A stretch of 64,000 nt of DNA from NCBI GenBank assembly GCA_963755045.1, contig CAVWIL010000001.1, forward strand, positions 55,484 to 119,483. Reading direction: 5' to 3'. The notes below the pieces were generated by a model. That model was not told where the DNA came from. It saw only the letters and a program-made list of their open reading frames with translations, and made no database searches. Position 1 is the first letter of the stretch; every line of letters starts with the position of its first letter. The position numbers were made by a program, and so were the translations under genes. Of the stretch, positions 11,297 to 19,916 are shown piece after piece. Source of the DNA: Nitrospirota bacterium. Its GTDB lineage: Bacteria > Nitrospirota > UBA9217.

Positions 11297-12269
11297 ATAG
11301 AACGAATTGCATGATATACTTAACAGCCAGAAACATGATAGCAATGCCAACAATCGACTTAATGACTTTCTGCGAGACAAATTTCTGGGTCTTCGCGCCA
11401 AGATACATGCCCACAAAACCACCGATACCGAACAGGATTCCTAGTGGCCAATCAGGCATGGGAGAAGCGCCATGCGACGCAGGTAGCACGCTGAAAAAAA
11501 GAGCCCCTGCAACCGAAGTGATGAACGTTCCCATGAGCGTTGCTCCGGCAATCGTATAGACCGGCAGCTGGAAAAAGGCCACGCAGAAGGGAGCGATAAT
11601 AGCTCCACCGCCAATGCCGTATGCTCCGCCAATTATGCCCACGATAAAGGCCAGGCTGAACATGCCTATCGTGTTGAAAGTGAACCTTTCACCCCAGAAT
11701 TCGTATTCTACCTTCTTCAACGAGACGCTGATCGTTTTCACGACTGCGTCTGACGGAAGGCCGGCTGCAATCTGCCCGCCCTGCTGTCTCCTGTGCTCCT
11801 CCGACTTTGCCTTGAATTTTTCTTCAAAAGCCTTCGCACTCGGTGATTGCGCTTTCTTTCCGAAGATCAGCTCTTTAAACAGTCGGATGCCGATATACAG
11901 CAGTACACATCCGACAAAGAGTTTGAAAACCCTGGGATCGGGAAGATACAGGACGCGAAGATAATACCCGATGAACACCCCGGGAAAGGTACCGACAATG
12001 ACGACCCAGGTGAGCGGCCATGCCATGCGGCCTTCTTTAATATAGCGGTACACGCCGCTGGGAATGGCGACGATGTTGAAGACGTGGTTCGTTCCGCTCA
12101 CAGACGGGGCCGTATAGTTGAGAACGCTCATCTGAAACGGGAGAAGAAGAAATGCGCCGGAAATGCCACCCATCGAGGTAAAGAACGAAATCACCATAGC
12201 AACGAGCGGAGGAAACAGGATATTGGTGGTTACTCCTGAAATGGGAAACGTCATGTTTAAGAAGTCCAT
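11295..12269 (-). CDS. TauE/SafE-family sulfite/anion exporter.
   Basis: Intact polytopic membrane ORF with two 4-TM halves separated by a charged loop and Gly-rich TM motifs. The ATG at 12269 lies 5 nt after AGGAG. Confidence 0.7.
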   Translation of the reverse strand: MDFLNMTFPISGVTTNILFPPLVAMVISFFTSMGGISGAFLLLPFQMSVLNYTAPSVSGTNHVFNIVAIPSGVYRYIKEGRMAWPLTWVVIVGTFPGVFIGYYLRVLYLPDPRVFKLFVGCVLLYIGIRLFKELIFGKKAQSPSAKAFEEKFKAKSEEHRRQQGGQIAAGLPSDAVVKTISVSLKKVEYEFWGERFTFNTIGMFSLAFIVGIIGGAYGIGGGAIIAPFCVAFFQLPVYTIAGATLMGTFITSVAGALFFSVLPASHGASPMPDWPLGILFGIGGFVGMYLGAKTQKFVSQKVIKSIVGIAIMFLAVKYIMQFVL

Positions 12270-12290
12270 CAACACTCCTTAGCAGAAAAC

Positions 12291-12332
12291 CATAATAAAT
12301 AAAAGCCCGACCCAAATGACCGAGTCGGGCTT
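12291..12332 (-). terminator. Rho-independent terminator downstream of the ALDC-like gene.
   Basis: On the minus strand the sequence reads AAGCCCGAC-N12-GTCGGGCTT followed by TTATTTATT. Confidence 0.6.
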
Positions 12333-12376
12333 GATTATATTCCCCTATAACTGACAAGTCAATAATGCGCGAAAGA

Positions 12377-13153
12377 CTACTGGTTCGGCAGGCGAAGCAC
12401 CATGCCTTCACCAAGGATGATATCATCGATATGTCCCGAAGCCTTGCTCGTCCTCGAGACAAGATGGATGTGGATCGCGTTCTCCATGCCTGACCCTTCC
12501 TTAATCACCGGCGTATATTGGGTGAGAAATACGCCGGCATGGTGTTCGGAATAGAAGCCGATGATATCAACTGGCTCGTTCTTCGTGACGAAGGGCTGTT
12601 TTGATTTGGCGAACGATTCTTTCGTAATGGGCTTGCCTTCCGTCCGATCGACGTTGATGTGCCATTTGATCTCCACCGGTGTGCCGGAGAGCAGGAAGGG
12701 AAACGGCTTCGTTACATCGAGCCCCGCTGCCAGTGCCTGCGCCTTGACGAACTTCTGCAGGTCCACATAACCCTTTATCGTCAAGGGAACAGGCACATCC
12801 TGCCACTTCGTCTGTTCCGTCCAAACGAGGAAGAATGCGCCATGCTTCCATGTGTTATCCATGACATAATCCGCACCGCGCACCTTGGTGATATAGGGCT
12901 TCGAATCGAAGATCGTGATCTCTCCGTCCAGCCCGTCTACGGGGCCCATCGCGTACAAGCCCTTGCGACCGGCCAGGTCTTCCAAAGACACGACGCTCAC
13001 AGCCTTGCCGCTCACGAAAACATCCTTCTGTGCCCCGACGTACTCAACGATTCCCTCTTTCTTCGCTCCGACGATGGCTGCATAGGCCGGACCCAGCACC
13101 ATCACGATGAATACCGCAATTCCCAAACCGGTGACAAGAGATCTTCTTTTCAT
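12377..13153 (-). CDS. Secreted alpha-acetolactate decarboxylase-family (PF03306-like) protein.
   Basis: Intact 258 aa ORF with a GGAGG RBS and the signal peptide 'LGIAVFIVMVLGPAYA'. It carries 'GPVDGLDGEITIFDSKPY' and 'IHIHLVSRTSKASGHIDD'. Confidence 0.65.
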   Translation of the reverse strand: MKRRSLVTGLGIAVFIVMVLGPAYAAIVGAKKEGIVEYVGAQKDVFVSGKAVSVVSLEDLAGRKGLYAMGPVDGLDGEITIFDSKPYITKVRGADYVMDNTWKHGAFFLVWTEQTKWQDVPVPLTIKGYVDLQKFVKAQALAAGLDVTKPFPFLLSGTPVEIKWHINVDRTEGKPITKESFAKSKQPFVTKNEPVDIIGFYSEHHAGVFLTQYTPVIKEGSGMENAIHIHLVSRTSKASGHIDDIILGEGMVLRLPNQ

Positions 13154-13208
13154 GTTGTCCTCCTCAGATCACATTCCGCGATCAGAAATCCGCATTCCAC
13201 ATTTTTCC

Positions 13209-13621
13209 TCAAAACATCGGTGTCGGAACTGTACCCCACCCGCTGCCGTGCGGAAGATCCTTGACCTCCAGCAGTTGCAGCGTATGCACTTCAACGTCGA
13301 CCATGAATTGCGGGACGCGCAGGGCATTTATCGAAAAGAGGTCCGCAGGACCGTTTACGGCAATGTCTTCTATAGACAAAAATATGAGCCGCCGGACAAT
13401 GCCGGTCACCATGCTGCTGGATTCGTGTTGCATGCCGCTGTGCATCGCATGGTGCCCTTCGCGAAGATGTCCGAAGGGATTGAAGATCCAGTCCGTGATC
13501 ATTGCCATGGAATGATGCTGGTTAAAGAGCTTCCAGTCCCCTCCCGTATCCGCGATCATTCCCTGCATGATGTAGTGCTGAGGAATGAAATAAACGAGAT
13601 ACTTTTTATTCTCCTGCAGCA
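13209..13621 (-). CDS. His-rich ~135 aa segment. It is probably the C-terminal continuation of the upstream methyltransferase-like protein (1-nt frame offset at ~13610-13625), or else a separate small ORF.
   Basis: The frame of ORF 13209-13793 reads 'VLQENKKYLVYFIPQHY..HHSMAM..HLREGHHAMHSGMQHE'. It begins exactly where the 13606-14394 frame stops, and there is no RBS of its own. Confidence 0.35.
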
Positions 13622-14394
13622 CGCTGCCGCACCTCCGGAAGCGCGAGGATATCCCCCATCCGATGGTCCATCTTGGACCCGTCTTCGGGAAGAATCGCGA
13701 TACCGGTAACGTTTTGCGCTTGTGTCCAGAGGGTGAGGTGGTTGATGCTGTACACGCGGAGCAGATATGCCGTTCCCATGACCATTGCTGCAAGGAGCAG
13801 CGCGAATGAGACCTTCCCGATGATTGACGACGGGGTCAGTGATTTTTCCAACCCCCTCGGCAAAAACATTCCTGTTTTATCCATGTACGCACGATAGGTC
13901 GCCTCATGTGCATTTACCATACGGCGTTCTTCATCTTTCGCAAGAACATAATATACCAACGCCATGACGATCCACAGTGCGATGGTCAAGAACCGGGGCC
14001 AGAGGATCGAAAGGCCGAGACCCGCGATCCCAAGCGCGAGGTACTGAGGGTGCCGGATGAAAGAATACAGGCCGCCGAGGACGGCACCCTTTTTGGTGAA
14101 CTTGGCATAGTATATCTGGCCCGCGCATACGATGAATATCGCCATCCCGACGACGAACAACACCGACCCCATAACGCGCACGAACAGCAGGAGCCAATCC
14201 TGCGGCAGAACCATGTGAGGAAGGTAAAAGGCGCTGAGCCACCGCGTTGAAGGGTTGCTGGCGAGCTTGAGCAGCACCGGATTAAAGACCGAGTAGAAGA
14301 ATCCGGCGAAGGGACTGATCATGATCAATACTTCAAAGGCAATGACGAAGTAAAGAACAAGCGAACTCCTGAGGAGCAGCTTCTTCGTTTGCAT
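13606..14394 (-). CDS. ICMT/PEMT-type membrane methyltransferase family protein.
   Basis: It starts at AAGGAGGtcattATG and is multi-TM. The family motif is 'GLYSFIRHPQYLALGIAGLG..ALVYYVLAKDEERRM'. Confidence 0.65.
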   Translation of the reverse strand: MQTKKLLLRSSLVLYFVIAFEVLIMISPFAGFFYSVFNPVLLKLASNPSTRWLSAFYLPHMVLPQDWLLLFVRVMGSVLFVVGMAIFIVCAGQIYYAKFTKKGAVLGGLYSFIRHPQYLALGIAGLGLSILWPRFLTIALWIVMALVYYVLAKDEERRMVNAHEATYRAYMDKTGMFLPRGLEKSLTPSSIIGKVSFALLLAAMVMGTAYLLRVYSINHLTLWTQAQNVTGIAILPEDGSKMDHRMGDILALPEVRQRAAGE

Positions 14395-14412
14395 AATGAC
14401 CTCCTTGAAATG
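14371..14412. repeat. Direct-repeat partner of 11255-11296. This copy is the functional RBS and 5' end of the methyltransferase-like gene.
   Basis: gaggagcagcttcttcgtttgcataatgacctccttgaaatg compared with gaggaacagcttcttcgtttgcgtaatggcttccttgaaatt. Confidence 0.8.
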
Positions 14413-14626
14413 TTAATTGCATTTTCCCCGCGATAAGCACGCAATGGTGATCAAGAAGCCGTTTCGTCAAAATAAAGAAACAAGCCTGGCTCCACCGGAA
14501 ACAGAGGGATCAAACGAAAAGATTTTGAATGTTGATTTCCTCAGCGCCCTCTGCGGACTCTCTAAGTGGCCGCTCTTCTTTCATATGCCATTGGGCGAGA
14601 AAAGATATTATTTTTGTAATGAGATA

Positions 14627-14950
14627 TTATGCTTGGGGAGGTCGGAAGAGTTGGGCCGGCAGGGCATCCCTGTAGCTGTCTGCAATGGCTTGCCTCGGGG
14701 TCTGGATCGGTTCAAGCCGGAATGTGTGGATCGTCTTCGGAAGGGAGAAAACATAGAGCGGGAAATGGACTCCGGATGAATCGGAGACAATACGCTCCTG
14801 TCCGTCTGCAGAAACGAGCTGGTTTTTATGCAAGGGACAGCGTTCACAGGATGCAGCCACGGTGGATTTCCCGGCTGAATTAAACGGGCAGGTGTTTTGT
14901 ATCAGGAGAGCAAAGGCAAGGAGCAACATGATCGGCCTTAACTTAAGCAT
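14627..14950 (-). CDS. Small secreted hypothetical protein.
   Basis: The ATG at 14950 opens the signal-like N-terminus 'MLKLRPIMLLLAFALLIQ'. Cysteines occur at CPF and CERCP. I do not recognise a family. Confidence 0.4.
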   Translation of the reverse strand: MLKLRPIMLLLAFALLIQNTCPFNSAGKSTVAASCERCPLHKNQLVSADGQERIVSDSSGVHFPLYVFSLPKTIHTFRLEPIQTPRQAIADSYRDALPAQLFRPPQA

Positions 14951-15044
14951 GAAATACAATAAGTCTTTTCTCAGCCCGTGTCAATTCCATTTTAAGAACA
15001 AGGAATTAAATTCTACTCAAAAGGGCAAGAAATTAAAAGCTTTA

Positions 15045-15136
15045 CACGAATGGCGCGAAGAAGACGAATTAACGAATAAAGGCAATCAGATATGTTGATT
15101 CTATTCGTGGCATTCGTATCATTCGTGAAATTCGTG
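15045..15136. repeat. Intergenic inverted tandem-repeat hairpin with unit ~ATTCGTG.
   Basis: The left arm is cacgaatggcgcgaagaagacgaattaacgaataaagg. The right arm is ctattcgtggcattcgtatcattcgtgaaattcgtg, about 26/35 complementary. Confidence 0.8.
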
Positions 15137-15151
15137 TTTGCATTTTGATTT

Positions 15152-15180
15152 TTTGGTCCCGGCTTGTCCGGGTTCGAAAC
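15152..15180. repeat. Short palindromic unit TTTGGTCCCGGCTTGTCCGGGTT, with a second copy at 63108-63136.
   Basis: The near-identical sequence tttgggttccggcttgtccgggtt lies at 63108. Both copies directly follow an inverted tandem-repeat element. Confidence 0.7.
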
Positions 15181-15185
15181 AAGGA

Positions 15186-16338
15186 TTACATCTTCTCCAC
15201 CATTGTTCTGAAATAGCGGCAGTTCTCAACAAGGTCCGGGCTGTGCTTGAACAATCCCCCGCCGATCAGAAATATCAGGTCCCGGCCGTAGGTCTCGAAC
15301 ATCTCCGGCACATTGTCGAGTCTCATGCCGCCTCCCGGTGCAGGAAAGATCGCTTTAAGATGACCCATCGGCGCCGAGGTTGCATCGGCGATCTCTTTGC
15401 ACTCGTCGCGACTGAACGAAAAGCGTCCGCCGAAATTCGGGAAGATCGTCGCATCGGCGCCCGCCAATCGCGCAAGCTGGCCGAAGATGACGCCGTGGGA
15501 GATGCCGCCCTTACCCGTGACGAAACTTCCCTGCAGTGCGGGATGTGTCATAACCGGCAATGCAATGCTGTTATCCTCGGCCAGTTCCCGCATCAGATCA
15601 AAGCCGATCAGCCCGGGCGCGACCATCAGACCGCCTGCCCCCGCATTCTTCGCGATCATGGCCCGTTTCACGACCGCGCTTTGCGGAGCAGTGATATTAG
15701 CGATATAGAGAGTGCGCTGGCCTGTTTCCCGGTTTCCTTTCTGCACTGCCTCGGCACATCGATATACCCGTTCCTCGAAAGGCGAGCAGCGTTGATCGGT
15801 CAGGCCGTGATCGTCCTTGATGATGTCCATGCCTCCGAGGGCAAACTGGTATGCAAGGTCCGCAAGTTCCTGCGACGAAAGCCCCATGGGTTTGAGCGCC
15901 GTGGAAAGAAGCGGCCGCTTGGGGGCATTCACGAGGCTGCGTAACCCCTCCCTGCCAAAGCGCGGCCCTTTGAAAAAGCGGAGAAGCGATTCCGGGAGAT
16001 CGAGATGTTCCACCCGGATGCCGGGCTTGATGCTGCTGTTGCCGAAAACAACATTCAGAAACTGGGTCAGTTCGCCTGCCGCGATCTCTACGGCATAGCT
16101 AATGACCGCCTTGAAGCTTTCAGCATCCCACGGCTTCGAATGATTCGATCCTTCCGAAGACATGGTCCCTGATGATCCCATCAGGCACTTCGTCGGCGGG
16201 AAATTCCACGGTCTGTTCAATGCAGATATCTTCAGCCTTGGCGCGGGCGTCTTTCTCACTGCCGAATAAACGGTAGGTGACGGAGAATCGTTCACCGGAG
16301 AAAAGAGATTCGGGTGTGCAGGTTTTTTGAATGATCAT
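15186..16338 (-). CDS. RuBisCO-like protein (form IV-type large-subunit homologue) with one frameshift near 16130-16290.
   Basis: 'LKPMGLS' replaces the RuBisCO motif KPKLGLS and 'GGMDIIKDDHGL' replaces GGxDFxKDDE. 'THPAL', 'FPNFGGRFSF' and 'PAPGGGM' are also present. The N-terminus is in ORF 16120-16338. Confidence 0.8.
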
Positions 16339-16672
16339 AGGAAAAGCTCCATCAAATTACTTGCTTGAATTGCAGCGAGGGTAGAGGTGGATGTGAGGTA
16401 TGGGGTTTGTGTTGTTTGTAGAGAAAGATGAGATGAATGATATGTGAATTTTTTTTGATGGAATGATAGGATATTAACAGCTGTTGAGAGACAGTATAAT
16501 AAATGCTGTAACTGATGTGGGAGGCTGAATTTTATCTACACTGATTTTAATGAAGTCTACAACTCAACAATCTTTTTAAAGTAATCTGAACCTCATCACA
16601 AGCGGTTGCTACTGTTTATAGTGATGCTGAAATTGCGCGCTCACGTTGGGCATGGGAAAGACGTTTGACTTT

Positions 16673-16944
16673 TTATTTTGAAGCTTTGGCGTATTGCAAG
16701 CGTAAAAGCTCTGGCGCCACGTTCAGTGTTTCCGCTGTGGTAATAACGTGACGTTTTTTGTTATATTTGGTCAGCACGCCGCAGAGCGCGGGACGGTGTC
16801 GGTTTGAAGCTCACCGATCACCACTTTGAATTGCAGCATCTTATGGTGCGCATGTGTTTGACTCAGGAAGCGCAGCCGTTCGACGATCCTTCGGTTAAGG
16901 TCAATCGGTTCATCCTCACTCAGCATGGTGATATCGATCTTCAT
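16673..16944 (-). pseudogene. Small conserved hypothetical gene (~90 aa) split by a frameshift.
   Basis: GGGAGG-N6-ATG at 16944 opens 'MKIDITMLSEDEPIDLNRRIVERLRFLSQTHAHHKMLQFKV..' and stops after 57 aa. A second frame continues 'VLTKYNKKRHVITTAETLNVAPELLRLQYAKASK*'. Confidence 0.45.
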
Positions 16945-17135
16945 CAACTACCTCCCAACCGGGGCCTGGGCAGCTGGTCTGCTTTTCTCCCGGGCAATGC
17001 TGTACGATTATAGTACACAGCCCTTTTTTGTCAAGGAGATTGAAGACGCATAGCGCGTAGCGCAGAGGGCATGGTGATTGATTTCTAACAGGTTGAATAC
17101 GAGTGGGTAATTTAAATCCATTCAACGGTAAACAT

Positions 17136-17390
17136 TTACTTAAGCAATTTATCGTACTCGGCATGCGTCCCGATCCAGAACCACAGCATGCCATCTTCAA
17201 CTTCGACAGCAAGCGCTCGATGTCTCATGCCGACTCGCACTGACCAGTACTTGCTTGTCTTTTTTATGTGGAGGGAGGGATGCTGCGGATTTTCCTTGAG
17301 GAGAACGAAATTCTTGTCAGCAAGTTCCTGGAGATGCGAGGGAAGTTTTTCGTAACATTCCCAGAACAACGGGCTGGCAAAATGCCTCAT
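17136..17390 (-). CDS. Type II toxin, RelE/ParE superfamily.
   Basis: Intact 84 aa ORF with 'LLKENPQHPSLHIKKTSKYWSVRVGMRHRALAVEVEDGMLWFWIGTHAEYD'. It overlaps the upstream antitoxin ORF by 4 nt. Confidence 0.75.
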   Translation of the reverse strand: MRHFASPLFWECYEKLPSHLQELADKNFVLLKENPQHPSLHIKKTSKYWSVRVGMRHRALAVEVEDGMLWFWIGTHAEYDKLLK

Positions 17391-17587
17391 AATGGTTTTG
17401 CTTTTCCTTTGCCATAATCCTTGATCGAATTCTCAGCAACCCGGTCAAGCTTCCCTGACTTCACATCTTCCTCAAACTGTTTGTCCCATTGCGCAGCATC
17501 GAACGACTCAAACCAAGCCCGAAATTCTGCGAGTTTGTCGGAGGGCAGATCAGTAACGGCTCTTTCCAGTTCTTTTACGGTAACCAT
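17387..17587 (-). CDS. Type II antitoxin, cognate to the 17136-17390 toxin.
   Basis: Intact acidic 66 aa ORF ('LPSDKLAEFRAWFESFDAAQWDKQFEEDVKSGKLD') with a GGAG RBS and translational coupling to the toxin. Confidence 0.7.
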   Translation of the reverse strand: MVTVKELERAVTDLPSDKLAEFRAWFESFDAAQWDKQFEEDVKSGKLDRVAENSIKDYGKGKAKPL

Positions 17588-17701
17588 GAGAGCACTCCAT
17601 CTTTTTTTTCAATTCGGTCAGATACATCCTCTTGGATGTTGAGTTGAATATAAAACAGACATAAGAATTTGTCAATCCGAAATCTGAAATCCACAATGTT
17701 T

Positions 17702-18766
17702 TTACAATGCTTCCGCCTTTGCCGCACTGTGCACTGCGGTGATGTGCGTCTTGGCAAGTTCATCTGCAGAGATGTTGAATTTCCTACCGACCATAGCCTC
17801 CACCTCACGGATCAATGAAAGCGCGTCCATCCTGTGTTCCTTCAGGAGATACTGTTTGCTCGCGCCATGGCTGAAGGTGTCCCGGAGACCGATCCTGACC
17901 AGCTTTTTCGCAACGCCGGATTCCGCCATCTTCTCGGCAACGATGCTTCCGAGGCCGCCGATGATCGTATGGTTCTCTATCGTAATCACACCAAAGCGCG
18001 ACCGGCTGATCGCATCCAGAACGGATCGATCATTGAACGGCTTCAACGTCGAAATATGCATGTGCTGAATTGAGAGCCCCCTCTTCCGGAGCACCTGCAC
18101 CGCCCGCATCGCTTCTTCGGTCATGATGCCGCTTGACAGGACCGTAACGTCGTCCCCTTCGGATAAAACGCGCGCCTTGTTGAATATCATTGGACTGCTG
18201 AAGAGCCGCGGGATCTCGCCGCGCAGCATGCGCACATACACCGGGCCGTTAATGTCCTGCATCAGATCGAGGACGGATTCCACTTCGGTCGCGTCCCCGC
18301 ACTCAAGCACGGTCATGTTCGGCAACGCGCGCATGATCGCTATGTCCTCGATCGCCTGATGGGTCGCCCCGCCCGGCGTGGTAATGCCGGGAAGGAATCC
18401 GATCATCCGCACCGGCAGGTTCGGATAGGCAACGGACATGGCGATCTGGTCGTACGCGCGGCGATAGATAAAGACCGCGAACGTATGCACAAAGGGGATG
18501 AAGCCTTCCCGCGCAAGGCCCGCGGCGAAGCTCAGCATGTTCTGTTCCGCAACGCCCATGGACAGAAAACGGTCGGGATAGGTGGACCTGAACAGATCGA
18601 TTTCCGTGGAACTCGTGAGATCGGCTGAGAGCACCAGCACTTCCGGTTTGTCAGCTGCCCATCGTACGAGGTTCTTTGCATGGACCCTGGTAACGATTTC
18701 GGGACCGACGGATGATTTCGCAGGCGCTGTTTCTTTTTTTGTTCGGGTGAATACTCCCTGCCGCAC
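17702..18766 (-). CDS. Transketolase, C-terminal (pyrimidine-binding) subunit of a split enzyme.
   Basis: Intact 354 aa ORF with a GTG start. It carries 'FLSMGVAEQNMLSFAAGLA', 'GATHQAIEDIAIMRALPNM' and the C-terminal domain. Confidence 0.85.
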   Translation of the reverse strand: MRQGVFTRTKKETAPAKSSVGPEIVTRVHAKNLVRWAADKPEVLVLSADLTSSTEIDLFRSTYPDRFLSMGVAEQNMLSFAAGLAREGFIPFVHTFAVFIYRRAYDQIAMSVAYPNLPVRMIGFLPGITTPGGATHQAIEDIAIMRALPNMTVLECGDATEVESVLDLMQDINGPVYVRMLRGEIPRLFSSPMIFNKARVLSEGDDVTVLSSGIMTEEAMRAVQVLRKRGLSIQHMHISTLKPFNDRSVLDAISRSRFGVITIENHTIIGGLGSIVAEKMAESGVAKKLVRIGLRDTFSHGASKQYLLKEHRMDALSLIREVEAMVGRKFNISADELAKTHITAVHSAAKAEAL

Positions 18767-19684
18767 AACTCCGCATACGCGGACAGATAGCGGCCCTTTT
18801 CCTCTTCGCCCGTGAAGCGGACATAGTGCATCTTCGGGGCCCGCGACTTAAGGACATCAATACCTCGCGCGGCATCGGTATCGCAGAGCACGACAACAGG
18901 CCGGCCATCAGGGTCATGCGATCCAGCATCCGCGAGACGCTTGACGTCGTGCCCATTGACCCTGAACACCCGCGCCCCGAAGGATTCGATCCGCTTGTCC
19001 AGCGGTTCAATATCCATGACCTCGCACATCTTGCCGTCGCACTGAAAACCGTTCACATCAACAAAGATGATCACGTTGTCGAGCCGGTGAAAGGAAAGTG
19101 ACTGGAGCGCCTCCCAGGTCTGGCCGATCTGGAATTCGCCGTCGGACATGAAGACGAACACCCTGCCCTTCTCTTTTTCTCTTTCTGGCCATGGCGATGC
19201 CTGCTGCCTGGCTGATGCCCTGGCCCAGAGAGCCGGTCATGGTCTCCATGCCCGGCGAATGCTCGGCGCCGATCATTTCGACCGAACTTCCATCCTTGTT
19301 GAACTGGAGAAGCCCCTCCTCCGCCATGCGGCCCGTCTCGATCAGGGTCGCGTAGAGCACCAGGGCGTATTGGGCCGGAGAAAGAAAAAAGCGGTCATGG
19401 TCCGGACCGGGGCCGTTAAAAGCAGCGCCGGTAAAATAGTCAGGGTTGTCCGGTCCAGGTACCCCCGGAAACGGTTGAGGGACAAGAGGGGTTTTGATCT
19501 TGCCGAGGTCCATGATCTTCACGTAGAGCGTTGCGAGGATCTCCGCTGAGGAACAGGCCTGGGAGAGATAACCCCCGTTGTTCTTGATCGTATGTTCCAG
19601 CACGCGTTTCCGGACGCCTGCAGCGACACGCTTCACATCGTCCTGCCAGATCACCGGTTCCTTTTTCTTATCTTTGGACCTCAT
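18745..19684 (-). CDS. Transketolase, N-terminal (TPP-binding) subunit. There is a frameshift near 19150 and the 3' boundary is unresolved (A-run at ~18727-18735).
   Basis: The ATG follows AGGAG. 'GGYLSQACSSAEILATLY' and 'GSLGQGISQAAGIA' lie in ORF 19058-19684. 'FVFMSDGEFQIGQTWEAL..DVNGFQCDG' lies in ORF 18532-19161. Confidence 0.75.
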
Positions 19685-19775
19685 AGTGCTCCTAAAATCA
19701 CCTTAGTGGTAATATAACTACTCATGTGCCGCAAAATAAATAAAATTAGAAATGAAATAGAACCAAGGACTTGAA

Positions 19776-19872
19776 CCGCAAAGGCGCGAAGCTCGCGAAG
19801 AAAATCTTGTACTTTATGATTCAATGCAAGATTTTTTATTTGATGTCCTTCGCGTTCTTTGCGCCTTCGCGG
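19776..19872. repeat. Intergenic inverted tandem-repeat hairpin with unit ~CTTCGCG.
   Basis: The left arm is ccgcaaaggcgcgaagctcgcgaagaaaatcttg and the right arm is caagattttttatttgatgtccttcgcgttctttgcgccttcgcgg. Confidence 0.8.
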
Positions 19873-19916
19873 TAAATGTCTTTTAGAAGTTTGACCTAAA
19901 AAGTTACTCCATTTTT

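Noticed and set aside
14417-14883. Plus-strand ORFs 14417-14779 and 14629-14883, and minus-strand ORF 14608-14847.
   Set aside because: They overlap one another and the better-supported signal-peptide ORF at 14627-14950, and none has an RBS or recognisable motifs.
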